DNA of 64,000 nucleotides from Pirellulaceae bacterium (GCA_041739135.1 JBGSOM010000126.1:486-64485); one strand, 5' to 3'. Numbered from the stretch's first letter, positions 9,786 to 18,968 are shown. Numbers and translations: made by a program. The notes: generated by a model from the letters alone, not told the origin.

Positions 9786-12700
9786 ATGAAAACGCTGACG
9801 CAAATGGTATGCGCGATTGCGTGCTTACTTAGTACCGCTTTGGTGGCAACCGCTCAGGACCGACGCATCGTTTTCTTGGCTGGACGGCCCAGTCACGGGT
9901 TTGGTTCGCACGAGCATCTGGCTGGCTCGCGACTCATTGCGGACGCGATTCAGCGCGCAGCACCAAATATTAAGTGCGAAGTTTATGCAGGTGGTTGGCC
10001 TGAGGACGAGAAAGTGCTTGAGGGCGCCGACGCGATCGTGATGTATGCCGACGGCGGCGGCGGTCATCCCGCTCTGGCGCATCTAGATGTTCTGGAAAAA
10101 CACATCGCGCGAGGCGTTGGCTTCTCATGCTTGCACTACGCCGTCGAAGTTCCGAAAGACAAGGGTGGCCTTGAGTTCTTGAAGTGGTTGGGAGGTTATT
10201 TCGAAACGCATTGGTCAGTCAACCCGCACTGGGACGCGAACTTTACAAAACTGCCTGATCACCCCGCGACGCGAGGCGTGAAGCCGTTCGAGGCGAATGA
10301 TGAATGGTATTTTCATATGCGATTCCAACCCGACATGAAGGGTGTTACACCGTTACTGAGTGCTGTGCCACCTGAGTCCACAATGACGCGACCCGATGGA
10401 CCGCACAGCGGCAATCCAGCGGTTCGTAAAGAAGTGGCTGAGCGAGTTCCTCAGCATATGGCTTGGGCTTACGATCGTCCGGATGGTGGCAGATCGTTTG
10501 GCTTCACTGGCGGTCACTATCATTGGAATTGGGGACGCGAAGATATTCTCAAGCTGGTTTGCAACGCGATTTGCTGGACAGCAAAAGCGGAAATTCCTAC
10601 CGCAGGTTTGCCAGTCTTGAAGCCCGCCTTTGAAGTCTTGAAGGAAGGCCAAGATGAACCGACGCCAGCGAAGTTCGATGCCGAAAAGACGAAAGCGGAG
10701 TTTAAGTTGACTAGTAGTGGTGCGGCGGCCGATGGCTCAGGTGCAAAAGAAGCGACGGGCGCAGCGAAAGGCAAGTTGCTATTCAATAGCGCTGTCATCA
10801 CGACCAAAACGCCCGATCATAAAGTTGAGATCGATGTTGACCTGCAAGGTGCCAAGAAAATCTTCTTGGTCGTCAATGATGCCGATGGAAACTTTGCGTG
10901 CGACTGGGCGGATTGGCTGAGCCCAACCTTGGTAGGCAAAGACAAGCAAGTTGACATGACTACGCTGAACTGGACGACGGCGACGAGCCAGTGGGGAAGC
11001 GTGCAGAAGAACAAGAATGCTCAAGGGCAACCGTTGCGTGTAAACGGAAAAACGTTCGACAAAGGCATCGGTGCTCACGCGAATTCAGTGATCGGTTTTG
11101 ATGTTCCTGAGGGTGTGACGAAGTTCAAGGCCATCGGTGCGCTGGACAATGGTGGCACCGATCAAAATGGTGGCGAAGTTACCTCGGTTCGATTTCAAAT
11201 TTACGCGGACGCACCGCCAACTGGTGAAGGTGATGCGACGGGGACAAACGCGCACGACCCCGAATTAGCCATCGATGGCTTGACCGTTGCACCGGGACTT
11301 GCTGCGACGCTGACTGCGTCGGAACCGGACCTGCTTTCACTTACAAACCTCGACATTGACCATCGCGGACGTTTATGGGTTTGTGAAGTCGTCAATTATC
11401 GACGGCACAACGGCGAGCGTCCTGAGGGTGATCGCATCTTGATTTTGGAAGACACCGATCACGATGGTAAAGCAGACCAGTCAAAGGTTTATTATCAAGG
11501 TCGCGAAATCGATTCCGCGATGGGAATCTGTGTGCTTGGGAATCGAGTGATCGTTTCCGCATCGCCGAACGTTTGGATTTTTACCGACGACGATGGCGAT
11601 GATAAACCTGATCGCAAGGAATTGTTCTTCACGAAGACCGGTGATCCTCAACACGACCACTCTGCACATTCGTTTTTGTTTGGTCCCGATGGAAAACTGT
11701 ACTGGAACTTTGGTAACACTGGCCACACCGTACACGATGCGGCGGGCAATATCGTGGTCGATAAGGCGGGTAACGAAGTTCGCGACAACGGCAAGCCTTA
11801 CACCAACGGCATGCCCTTCCGCTGCAATATGGATGGCTCTGAATTCGAAGTGTTGGGTTACAACTTCCGCAACAACTATGAAGTGACCGTCGATTCGTTT
11901 GGTGCGTTGTGGCAATCGGACAACGACGATGATGGCAACCGCGCAACGCGTATCAACTTCGTTATGGAGTTTGGTAACTACGGGTACGTGGATCAGATGA
12001 CCGGTGCAGGCTGGCGCGTTCCTCGTACGAACATGGAAGCTGAAATTCCGCTGCAGCACTGGCATCTGAATGATCCAGGTGTCGTGCCAACGATGTTGAT
12101 TACCGGAGCTGGTTCGCCAACAGGCATCACTGTTTATGAAGGCGATTTGTTGCCGGAAGTTTATCGCAATCAAGTCTTGCACTGCGATGCCGGTCCCAAT
12201 GTCGTTCGCGCTTATCCAACTACGAACGATGGAGCTGGTTACAAAGCTGAGATCGTGAACATGTTGGTTGGCGAGCAGGATCGCTGGTTCCGTCCAGCCG
12301 ACGTGTGCGTGGCGCCCGATGGCAGCGTGTTCGTTACCGACTGGTACGATCCGGGCGTCGGCGGCCACAACATGCAAGACATGGAGCGCGGTCGGCTGTT
12401 CCGTTTAGCACCGCCGGGCAATAAGTACGTTGTGCCAAAGTTTGATTTCGCAACGCCTGCCGGAGCTGTAGCTGCGTTGCAGAATCCATGTTTGTCAGTG
12501 CGTTACATGGCATGGGAAGCGATACAAAAATTCGGTGTGGATGCGGTCGCGCCGCTGAAGCAACTGGCTGCGAATGAGAATCCACGCTTGCGAGCGCGAG
12601 CGTTGTGGGCGCTGGGCAAATTGCCTGGCCATGGTGACGAGGCTCAGCGAATGGCGATTGCGGATCGTGACGCGAATGTTCGCATGATGGGTATCCGCTT

Positions 12701-14201
12701 GGCCCGACAACTGAATATTCCTGTCGAAAAATATTCATCAGTGCTTGCACGTGATTCATCACCGCAAGTGCGGCGTGAATTGGCGGTGGCTCTGCGATTC
12801 GACAAGTCGACTGCGATGCCAAAGATCTGGACTGAATTGGCTTTGCAACATGATGGTAAGGATCGTTGGTATTTGGAAGCGCTCGGTATCGGTGCTGAGT
12901 TGCGTTGGTCGGATTGTTTGAGCGAGTACATGAAGTCCGGTCAAGCTGCTTCGGTGGCCGCCAAGCGCGACATTATCTGGCGCAGTCGTGCTCCGGAAGC
13001 GGCGACGGAAATGGCGAAGCTGTTGGCTGATTACAGTTTGCCGGAGTCGGAAGTGCCGCGTCTGTTGCGTGGATTCGATTTCCACTCAGCTGCCGACCGC
13101 ACCGCGGCACTCACCTCACTTGTCGCAGCTCCGGCATCGAAGAACGAAGCGGAATCGATCCGCCGAGATCGACTGCTGCTCGAAGCGATGATGAAATTGC
13201 CTGAACAAAAACTTGCGGATCGCCCAGAATTGGCTGGCGTGGTTGAGCGAGTTTTGGAACGCACTCAAGACCGAGCTGAGCGGCTGCGAATACTGAAGCA
13301 GGTTACCACGAAGGACTCCGCCGCGCGACTGCTGGACTTGGGTATGTCGGGCGAAGTGGATTCGACCAGCGTTGGTGCTTTTGAAGCATTACTGGCCAGC
13401 GACAACGGCGACGAACTGAAGGCCCTGCTCATGTCGGAGAATGTGGAGGTCGCGCTGAAGGCGGCTGAAGTTCTTTCGTTATGCAATGGTCGCGGTACCG
13501 TGAAGTTGATGACGACTCTATTGAATGAATCGAAAGCACCGCCGGAAGCACGCATGTCCGCCGCGAAGGGACTTGCGAGAACTGATGCGGGCGCTCAAGT
13601 CTTGCTCGACGCGGCTCGCGCGGGCAAACTTCCTAGCGAGGTTCGTTTCGTTGCTGGATCTGCACTCCGCACTAATCGCAAAGAAGAGATCCGCAAGGCG
13701 GCCAGCGAGCTGTTTCCGGTTTTGAAGTCGCGCGGTCAGGATGCGATTCCGCCACTTGCTGAATTGCTGACTCGGAAAGGCGACGCGGTTAGCGGCGAGA
13801 AGGTCTTCAGAGCTTCTGGCACTTGCGCGAACTGCCATCAAGTAAAGGGACAAGGCAAAAATGTCGGGCCCGATCTAACGGAAATCGGTAGTAAGTTAAC
13901 GCGTGAAGCGATGTTTGTTTCGGTGCTCGATCCATCAGCGGGCATTAGCCACAACTTTGAAAGTTACTCTGCGTTGCTGGATTCTGGACAGATTGTGGTG
14001 GGATTGATGGTCAGTCAAACCGATGACAAAGTCACTCTTAAAGATGCTCAGGGGATTGAACGCGCCATGCCCCGAGTCGAAATTGAGCAGCTGAAAAAGC
14101 AAGAGAAATCGTTGATGCCAGATAACTTGATCGAAGTGCTCAGCACGCAAGACTTAGTTGATGTGGTGGAATATATGCTGTCGCTGAAGAAGGCCTCATA
14201 G
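9786..14201 (+). CDS. 1,471-aa secreted fusion: ThuA-like domain + NPCBM carbohydrate-binding module + beta-propeller 'membrane-bound dehydrogenase' domain + HEAT repeats + C-terminal cytochrome c (CxxCH)
   Basis: Signal peptide MKTLTQMVCAIACLLSTALVATAQ. ThuA-like region about aa 25-285 (RIVFLAGRPSHGFGSHEH...LHYAVEV...DEWYFHMRF). NPCBM-like region about aa 335-475 (WTTATSQWGSVQKNKN...GKTFDKGIGAHANSVIGFDV). Propeller region LWVCEVVNYRR...DRILILEDTDHDGKAD. Haem motif CANCH at 13823-13837. Confidence 0.8.
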   Translation: MKTLTQMVCAIACLLSTALVATAQDRRIVFLAGRPSHGFGSHEHLAGSRLIADAIQRAAPNIKCEVYAGGWPEDEKVLEGADAIVMYADGGGGHPALAHLDVLEKHIARGVGFSCLHYAVEVPKDKGGLEFLKWLGGYFETHWSVNPHWDANFTKLPDHPATRGVKPFEANDEWYFHMRFQPDMKGVTPLLSAVPPESTMTRPDGPHSGNPAVRKEVAERVPQHMAWAYDRPDGGRSFGFTGGHYHWNWGREDILKLVCNAICWTAKAEIPTAGLPVLKPAFEVLKEGQDEPTPAKFDAEKTKAEFKLTSSGAAADGSGAKEATGAAKGKLLFNSAVITTKTPDHKVEIDVDLQGAKKIFLVVNDADGNFACDWADWLSPTLVGKDKQVDMTTLNWTTATSQWGSVQKNKNAQGQPLRVNGKTFDKGIGAHANSVIGFDVPEGVTKFKAIGALDNGGTDQNGGEVTSVRFQIYADAPPTGEGDATGTNAHDPELAIDGLTVAPGLAATLTASEPDLLSLTNLDIDHRGRLWVCEVVNYRRHNGERPEGDRILILEDTDHDGKADQSKVYYQGREIDSAMGICVLGNRVIVSASPNVWIFTDDDGDDKPDRKELFFTKTGDPQHDHSAHSFLFGPDGKLYWNFGNTGHTVHDAAGNIVVDKAGNEVRDNGKPYTNGMPFRCNMDGSEFEVLGYNFRNNYEVTVDSFGALWQSDNDDDGNRATRINFVMEFGNYGYVDQMTGAGWRVPRTNMEAEIPLQHWHLNDPGVVPTMLITGAGSPTGITVYEGDLLPEVYRNQVLHCDAGPNVVRAYPTTNDGAGYKAEIVNMLVGEQDRWFRPADVCVAPDGSVFVTDWYDPGVGGHNMQDMERGRLFRLAPPGNKYVVPKFDFATPAGAVAALQNPCLSVRYMAWEAIQKFGVDAVAPLKQLAANENPRLRARALWALGKLPGHGDEAQRMAIADRDANVRMMGIRLARQLNIPVEKYSSVLARDSSPQVRRELAVALRFDKSTAMPKIWTELALQHDGKDRWYLEALGIGAELRWSDCLSEYMKSGQAASVAAKRDIIWRSRAPEAATEMAKLLADYSLPESEVPRLLRGFDFHSAADRTAALTSLVAAPASKNEAESIRRDRLLLEAMMKLPEQKLADRPELAGVVERVLERTQDRAERLRILKQVTTKDSAARLLDLGMSGEVDSTSVGAFEALLASDNGDELKALLMSENVEVALKAAEVLSLCNGRGTVKLMTTLLNESKAPPEARMSAAKGLARTDAGAQVLLDAARAGKLPSEVRFVAGSALRTNRKEEIRKAASELFPVLKSRGQDAIPPLAELLTRKGDAVSGEKVFRASGTCANCHQVKGQGKNVGPDLTEIGSKLTREAMFVSVLDPSAGISHNFESYSALLDSGQIVVGLMVSQTDDKVTLKDAQGIERAMPRVEIEQLKKQEKSLMPDNLIEVLSTQDLVDVVEYMLSLKKAS

Positions 14202-14228
14202 TGACAAATTCGCGAATTCCGTTTACAA

Positions 14229-14259
14229 AGCGTCCGCGGATCAGTTAGCTGCGGACGCT
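14229..14259 (+). terminator. Hairpin after the fusion gene (putative terminator)
   Basis: AGCGTCCGC-N13-GCGGACGCT gives a 9-bp perfect stem, 28 nt after the stop, followed by ATGTTTCGG. A second small hairpin TCCGCT-N10-AGCGGA lies at 14271-14292. Confidence 0.45.
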
Positions 14260-14342
14260 ATGTTTCGGAATCCGCTGGGAAATCCAAGCGGAAAACCCCA
14301 CTGGAGATCGCGCATCATTACTTATCAAGAATTGATTCACGG

Positions 14343-15485
14343 ATGACAGCCAGTTACCACGTTTCGCGCGTCAGCGGTCGCAAAGATCAAGCTGAGTTTC
14401 TCAACCTTGCGTGGCGCATTTACAAAGACGATCCCAACTGGGTTCCGCCACTCCTTCAGAGCATCAAGGAGTTGGTTGGGTTCGCCAAGCATCCGTTTTA
14501 CGACAACGCGACCATCGAGAACTTCCTAGTTCGCAAAGATGGTTTAGTCGTCGGACGCATCTCTGCGATCGTCAACCACGGTCACAACGAACGCTTCAAA
14601 GAGAAACGTGGGTTCTTTGGATTCTTTGAATGCATCGACGACCAGCAGGCGGCGAAGGTGTTGGTTGACGCGGCGTGCAAGCACTTGGTTGCGCAGGGAA
14701 TGACCGATGCTCGCGGGCCGTGCAATCCTAGTTTGAATTACGAAGTTGCGATGCTGGTTGATGGCTTCGACACTCCGCCAACTTTTATGATGACTTACAA
14801 TCCGCCGTACTACGACCAGTTGATAAAGGGTTGCGGATTCGAGAAGTGCGAGGATTGCTACGCGTACGAAGGTGTGGTTTCGCAGATAGCGAATCTCGAT
14901 CCGAAACTAGCGTTTGTTGTTTCCGAAGTGAAGCGTCGATTCAATGTGAAAGTAAGACGGTTCAATCCGAAACGATTCACTGAAGAAGTGAACTTGTTTC
15001 TCAACATCTACAATCAATCGCTGATCGACACCTGGGGTTTCGTGCCGCTATCGCCCGCTGAAGTTCGCCATCTAGCGGCTGGGCTTCGTCACCTGTTGCT
15101 CCCGGAATTAACGACCATTATCGAAGTCGATGGCAAGCCGATCGGCGCAGGCCTCGGTTTGCTCGACTACAACCCGGTCATTAAGAAGATCAAAGGACGG
15201 TTGTTTCCATTCGGGTTCATTCAGTTGCTGTTGAGTAAGCGCAAGCTGAAGCGAGTGCGCTTGATGAGTACCAACGTGCTACCCGAATTTCAGCGTTGGG
15301 GATTCGGATTGCTCGCGCTCGAACGGATGTTGCCGGACATTTTGAAGATGGGCATCGAGAACGGCGAGTTTAGTTGGGTGCTCGAGTCGAATCATCTTTC
15401 GCGTTCTAGTTTAGAACGCGGTGGCGTCCGACGAGCGAAAACGTATCGATTCTACGATCGCTCGTTAGCAGAATTTATCAAGTGA
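14343..15485 (+). CDS. Putative GNAT-fold acyltransferase family protein (about 380-aa family, function unknown)
   Basis: N-terminus ...EFLNLAWRIYKDDPNWVPPLL...HPFYDNA...GRISAIVNHGHN...GFFGFFE...RGPCNPSLNYEVAMLVDGFD...MMTYNPPYY resembles a widespread uncharacterised N-acetyltransferase-like family as I recall it. Confidence 0.5.
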   Translation: MTASYHVSRVSGRKDQAEFLNLAWRIYKDDPNWVPPLLQSIKELVGFAKHPFYDNATIENFLVRKDGLVVGRISAIVNHGHNERFKEKRGFFGFFECIDDQQAAKVLVDAACKHLVAQGMTDARGPCNPSLNYEVAMLVDGFDTPPTFMMTYNPPYYDQLIKGCGFEKCEDCYAYEGVVSQIANLDPKLAFVVSEVKRRFNVKVRRFNPKRFTEEVNLFLNIYNQSLIDTWGFVPLSPAEVRHLAAGLRHLLLPELTTIIEVDGKPIGAGLGLLDYNPVIKKIKGRLFPFGFIQLLLSKRKLKRVRLMSTNVLPEFQRWGFGLLALERMLPDILKMGIENGEFSWVLESNHLSRSSLERGGVRRAKTYRFYDRSLAEFIK

Positions 15486-15516
15486 CGGCACAGTTAACTA
15501 ACCCCGATCACCAAAA

Positions 15517-16305
15517 CTATTTAGTGATCGGTGTTTCTTTATCGCCGTTGCGAATGAATGGATCACGCACTTGTTCACCAACAATCGGCTTGATCTCGCG
15601 GACCCAAATATTGCGGAAGCGAACTGGGTTGCCGTGATCTTGCAGACTGATCGGACCGGTTTCGCCATGTTTCTTATACTGTGGTGGACGATTGTAAGGT
15701 GTATCACCTTTCAACTCGAAGTGATTGAGCACCACGGCGCCGTTGTGCAAAGCGGTGATATAGGCGGGTGACTTGAGCGAACCGTCTTCCTCGAAGCGTG
15801 GGCATGTCCAGATGATGTCGTAAGTGTTCCATTGACCAGGCGCGCGCATCGCATTGACCATGGGTGGTGTCTGCTTGTAGATCGCTCCAGCTTGACCATC
15901 GAAATAAGTTTCGTTGTCAAAGGAATCGAGAACCTGCATCTCGTAGATGCCCATGAGGAATACACCGCTGTTGCCGCGGCCTTGGCTGGATCCTTTCGGA
16001 GGCGTCGGCGCAGACCACTCGATGTGAACTTGGCAGTCGCCGAATTTTTGCTTGGTCGTTACAACTCCCTTGCCGCAGACCATCGTGCCGTCTTCGACTT
16101 TCCAGCGATCACTATTCTCCCATGCGGAAAGGTCCTTGCCATCGAATAAAACGATCGCATCTGAGGGCGGCTGCGAATCGGTTTCACCTGGCTTGATGAT
16201 TTCAGGCTTGGGCCACTTGATACCGTTCAAATACTCTTGAGCTGAGACGGGCGTTGAGACTGCGAAGATCGCGAGAGCAAACAAACTGAAGCGGGAAAGT
16301 CGCAT
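15517..16305 (-). CDS. DUF1080 (3-keto-disaccharide hydrolase family) secreted protein
   Basis: Signal peptide MRLSRFSLFALAIFAVSTPVSAQ. WKVEDGTMV, GNSGVFLMGIYEMQVLD, PGQWNTYDIIW and the C-terminal GPISLQDHGNPVRFRNIWVREI are the hallmark blocks of DUF1080. Confidence 0.85.
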   Translation of the reverse strand: MRLSRFSLFALAIFAVSTPVSAQEYLNGIKWPKPEIIKPGETDSQPPSDAIVLFDGKDLSAWENSDRWKVEDGTMVCGKGVVTTKQKFGDCQVHIEWSAPTPPKGSSQGRGNSGVFLMGIYEMQVLDSFDNETYFDGQAGAIYKQTPPMVNAMRAPGQWNTYDIIWTCPRFEEDGSLKSPAYITALHNGAVVLNHFELKGDTPYNRPPQYKKHGETGPISLQDHGNPVRFRNIWVREIKPIVGEQVRDPFIRNGDKETPITK

Positions 16306-16519
16306 TGGGAGCCTTTCGTGGATCGGGAAGGAGATTTGGGGAGTGATGCATTATCTTTCGCGAAGCGTGGTTCTTCAACCTGCGTAAATTCGCAAAGTTG
16401 AACCGCACGGGTACAGATCGCTGAGAAATGCATTCGGTCTGACAGATGCTGTAGCCAGATGCGATATCATGGATCGTTTGCTGATTTAGTCAACTAACGC
16501 GTATTTCGAGGGCCGTGTT

Positions 16520-17134
16520 ATGAGTCCCGTTTCTCGTCGAGTCTTTGGAGCCATCGCTGGCGGAGTTGCTATGGGAGCGAGCGCAAACTTGATTGCTGCA
16601 CAAGATGAAAACAAAGCGGATTCGCAGAGCGGGCCTGTTGAATCACCATTCGAGCGCGATTACGAAGCACCCGGTTTTAAGCCGTCGTGGAAGAAGCCGC
16701 AGATTAACCGAACGCTTGCCCAAGATTTCGTGATCTTCGCGCACTCGGATTTGGACAAAGTCAAGATGCTTCTTGATCGCGAACCGGGTTTGATCAACGC
16801 TTCGGTCGATTGGGGAGCGGGTGATTGGGAAACGGGGCTAGGCGGCGCATCTCACATGGGCAGGCGCGATATTGTCGAGTTCCTGCTGGCGCGCGGCGCT
16901 CGGATCGATCTTTTCTGTGCGGCCATGCTGGGCCAATTGGACGCTGTGAAGTCCTTCTTGACGTTGCAACCAAACTTGATCGAGGCCAAGGGTCCGCACG
17001 GCTTCAGTCTGCACTTTCACGCTCAAGTCGGCGGCGACGAAGCGAAATCGACTCTCGACTATCTGCAATCGATCAAACAAGTCGAGCTGAGACCGATTCC
17101 ATTTCTTCAAAAGAAGGAGCAAGAACCGAAGTAG
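16520..17134 (+). CDS. Ankyrin-repeat protein with TAT-like signal peptide
   Basis: MSPVSRRVFGAIAGGVAMGASANLIAAQ has a twin-Arg plus hydrophobic core. Ankyrin-like blocks: GGASHMGRRDIVEFLLARGARIDLFCAAMLGQLDAVKSFL. Confidence 0.7.
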   Translation: MSPVSRRVFGAIAGGVAMGASANLIAAQDENKADSQSGPVESPFERDYEAPGFKPSWKKPQINRTLAQDFVIFAHSDLDKVKMLLDREPGLINASVDWGAGDWETGLGGASHMGRRDIVEFLLARGARIDLFCAAMLGQLDAVKSFLTLQPNLIEAKGPHGFSLHFHAQVGGDEAKSTLDYLQSIKQVELRPIPFLQKKEQEPK

Positions 17135-17166
17135 CGCGACTTCACATCAATGCTTAAAACGGCGCG

Positions 17167-18429
17167 TTAGGCAAAAGGGCGAACGATCAACACGGAGTTG
17201 ATGCCAAGCATGCCGAACGAGTTGTTCAAGATGTACCTTACGCGGTCAACTTTACGCGGCTCGTTAGCGACGATGCCCTTGATTGCACAGTCTGGATCCA
17301 GGTTGTCGAGGTTGATTGTCGCGTGCACAACGTTGTCTTTGAAGCTCGGTAAGTTACCGGCCAGCTCAAGCGCCCCGGCGGCACCCATCGTGTGACCGAT
17401 AAAGCTCTTGGTGTTATTGAAGTAAGTATTGTCGCAGCCGTCGAACGCGCGCCGCAGCGCCAAACACTCCTGCGAATCACCGCTGCTGGTGCCAGTCGCA
17501 TGCGTGCTAACGATATCGATGGCGTCCGCCGCAAGGCCAGCTCGCTTCAGCGCCAACTCAACACACTCGGCTTGGCGTTCCGGATTCGGCAATACAAAGT
17601 CGGTAGCATCGGTGTTAATCGCATAGGAGACGATCTCAGCCAGAATCTCAGCTCCGCGCTTCTTGGCGTCGCTCAGTCGTTCGAGCACATACAAGCATGC
17701 GCCTTCGGATACAACGATGCCATTGCGATCACGATCAAACGGCCGCGATGCTTTGGTTGGGTCGTCATTGGTCGCCAGCGCGCCTTGGCTTTTGAAACTA
17801 GCAAAGATCCCGAACGTATGGATGCTCTCGGACACTCCGCCTGCAATCGCCAAGTCGCAGTCGCCCAGTCGCAGCATCTGCACGCCTTGAATGATGCCGG
17901 CGTTGCCCGCTGCGCACGCCGCTCCGATCGTGTAGTGTGGTCCAGTGACTCCGAGGTTCAACGCAACTTCGCCGGCCGGATTGTTAGCGACGGTTCGCGG
18001 GTTGTGATGATGGGACCAGTACTGCGTGTCGTAATCAAAGCCTTTGATCTGATAGATCTCGTTTTCGGTTTCGACGTTTCCATGTTCGGTCACGCCGATG
18101 TAGATACCGACGCGCGACTTGTCGACATTGGCCCAATCGAGCCCGCTGCGCGCGATCGCTTCGTTGGCTGCCCAGATGCCGACGCTGCCAGCGCGCGTGC
18201 CGCGACGAACGTCCTTCTTGGACTGGTATTGGGTAGCTGGAAAATCGCAGACGCCAGCGAGTGTTTTGCCCACGTAGCGAATTTCATAACGCTGCACGCC
18301 CGAGCGACCTTCGAGCAAACTCAGGCGGTACGCTTCGAGGTTGTTTCCGTTGGGGCTGGTCAGTCCGACGGCGGTCATCACGATCCGCTGCTCATCGGGA
18401 AGTTGCGTTGCCTTATCTTGAGCGATCAT
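17167..18429 (-). CDS. Beta-ketoacyl-(ACP) synthase family protein (KAS I/II type, divergent)
   Basis: 420 aa. Active-site Cys in GPHYTIGAACAAG, His in VSTHATGT and SFIGHTMGAAG, C-terminal NSFGMLGINS. No acpP or fab neighbours. Confidence 0.85.
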   Translation of the reverse strand: MIAQDKATQLPDEQRIVMTAVGLTSPNGNNLEAYRLSLLEGRSGVQRYEIRYVGKTLAGVCDFPATQYQSKKDVRRGTRAGSVGIWAANEAIARSGLDWANVDKSRVGIYIGVTEHGNVETENEIYQIKGFDYDTQYWSHHHNPRTVANNPAGEVALNLGVTGPHYTIGAACAAGNAGIIQGVQMLRLGDCDLAIAGGVSESIHTFGIFASFKSQGALATNDDPTKASRPFDRDRNGIVVSEGACLYVLERLSDAKKRGAEILAEIVSYAINTDATDFVLPNPERQAECVELALKRAGLAADAIDIVSTHATGTSSGDSQECLALRRAFDGCDNTYFNNTKSFIGHTMGAAGALELAGNLPSFKDNVVHATINLDNLDPDCAIKGIVANEPRKVDRVRYILNNSFGMLGINSVLIVRPFA

Positions 18430-18542
18430 TGATTGCAGCTTGTCTTGGCATTATTTCGCGAAATTTCGGCTCGGAAGCGAGCAGATAAGTTCTTGAAACT
18501 AATGCCGCGCGCGATTTCTGACAAGCCGCGCACTTCGTCCAT

Positions 18543-18968
18543 TTAACGACTTATCGCAAGAGTTGGCGTTTGTGCAACAACAATCGGTTGGCCCCCGTTC
18601 CATGATTCGGCTGGCGGAAGCTGGCCGTAGCAGGCGGCGTCTACCGGGTTCCGTGCGAAATTCTCCGGCATTGGCTGCGGCTGGAACATGGGCCGCGTCG
18701 GCAACGGATGGAACCTCGGCGATTCCGGTGGTTTCGGGAGATCCTTATCGGCTTTCCATCGCGCTAACCACCCCGGCATGGGCAAGGGCGGCAAAATTGT
18801 GGGCGCCGTGGAATACTCCTCGGCCGCACACTCTTCGAGACGATAACTTGGAATCTGCACCATGGCGCAGCCGCTGGTAACGAGGACTGCGGCGAGCAAA
18901 GCCATAGAAACGGCAATTTGCGAGAGGCGAAAGGACTTGAAGGCAGGTGGGTTTTTGAGGTGGGACAT
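18543..18968 (-). CDS. Hypothetical lipoprotein (Pro-rich)
   Basis: GGGAGGA box 5 nt upstream of the ATG. Lipobox-like LVTSGC after a hydrophobic leader. The mature part is Pro-rich. Confidence 0.6.
   Translation of the reverse strand: MSHLKNPPAFKSFRLSQIAVSMALLAAVLVTSGCAMVQIPSYRLEECAAEEYSTAPTILPPLPMPGWLARWKADKDLPKPPESPRFHPLPTRPMFQPQPMPENFARNPVDAACYGQLPPAESWNGGQPIVVAQTPTLAISR

Noticed and set aside
11481-12377. 298-aa minus-strand ORF inside the fusion gene. Similar cases occur at 35630-36259 and 37007-37633 (antisense to nuoD and nuoB), 48974-49690 and 4926-5546.
   Set aside because: All are antisense to genes with unambiguous family motifs and have biased, motif-free translations. They are shadow ORFs.
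17392-18432. 346-aa ORF on the plus strand spanning almost the entire KAS gene in antisense
   Set aside because: It is a shadow ORF. The translation is Arg/Ala/Ser-rich with no motifs, while the opposite strand encodes a complete KAS with all catalytic motifs. Long stop-free antisense frames are expected from the codon bias of a ~55% GC genome.
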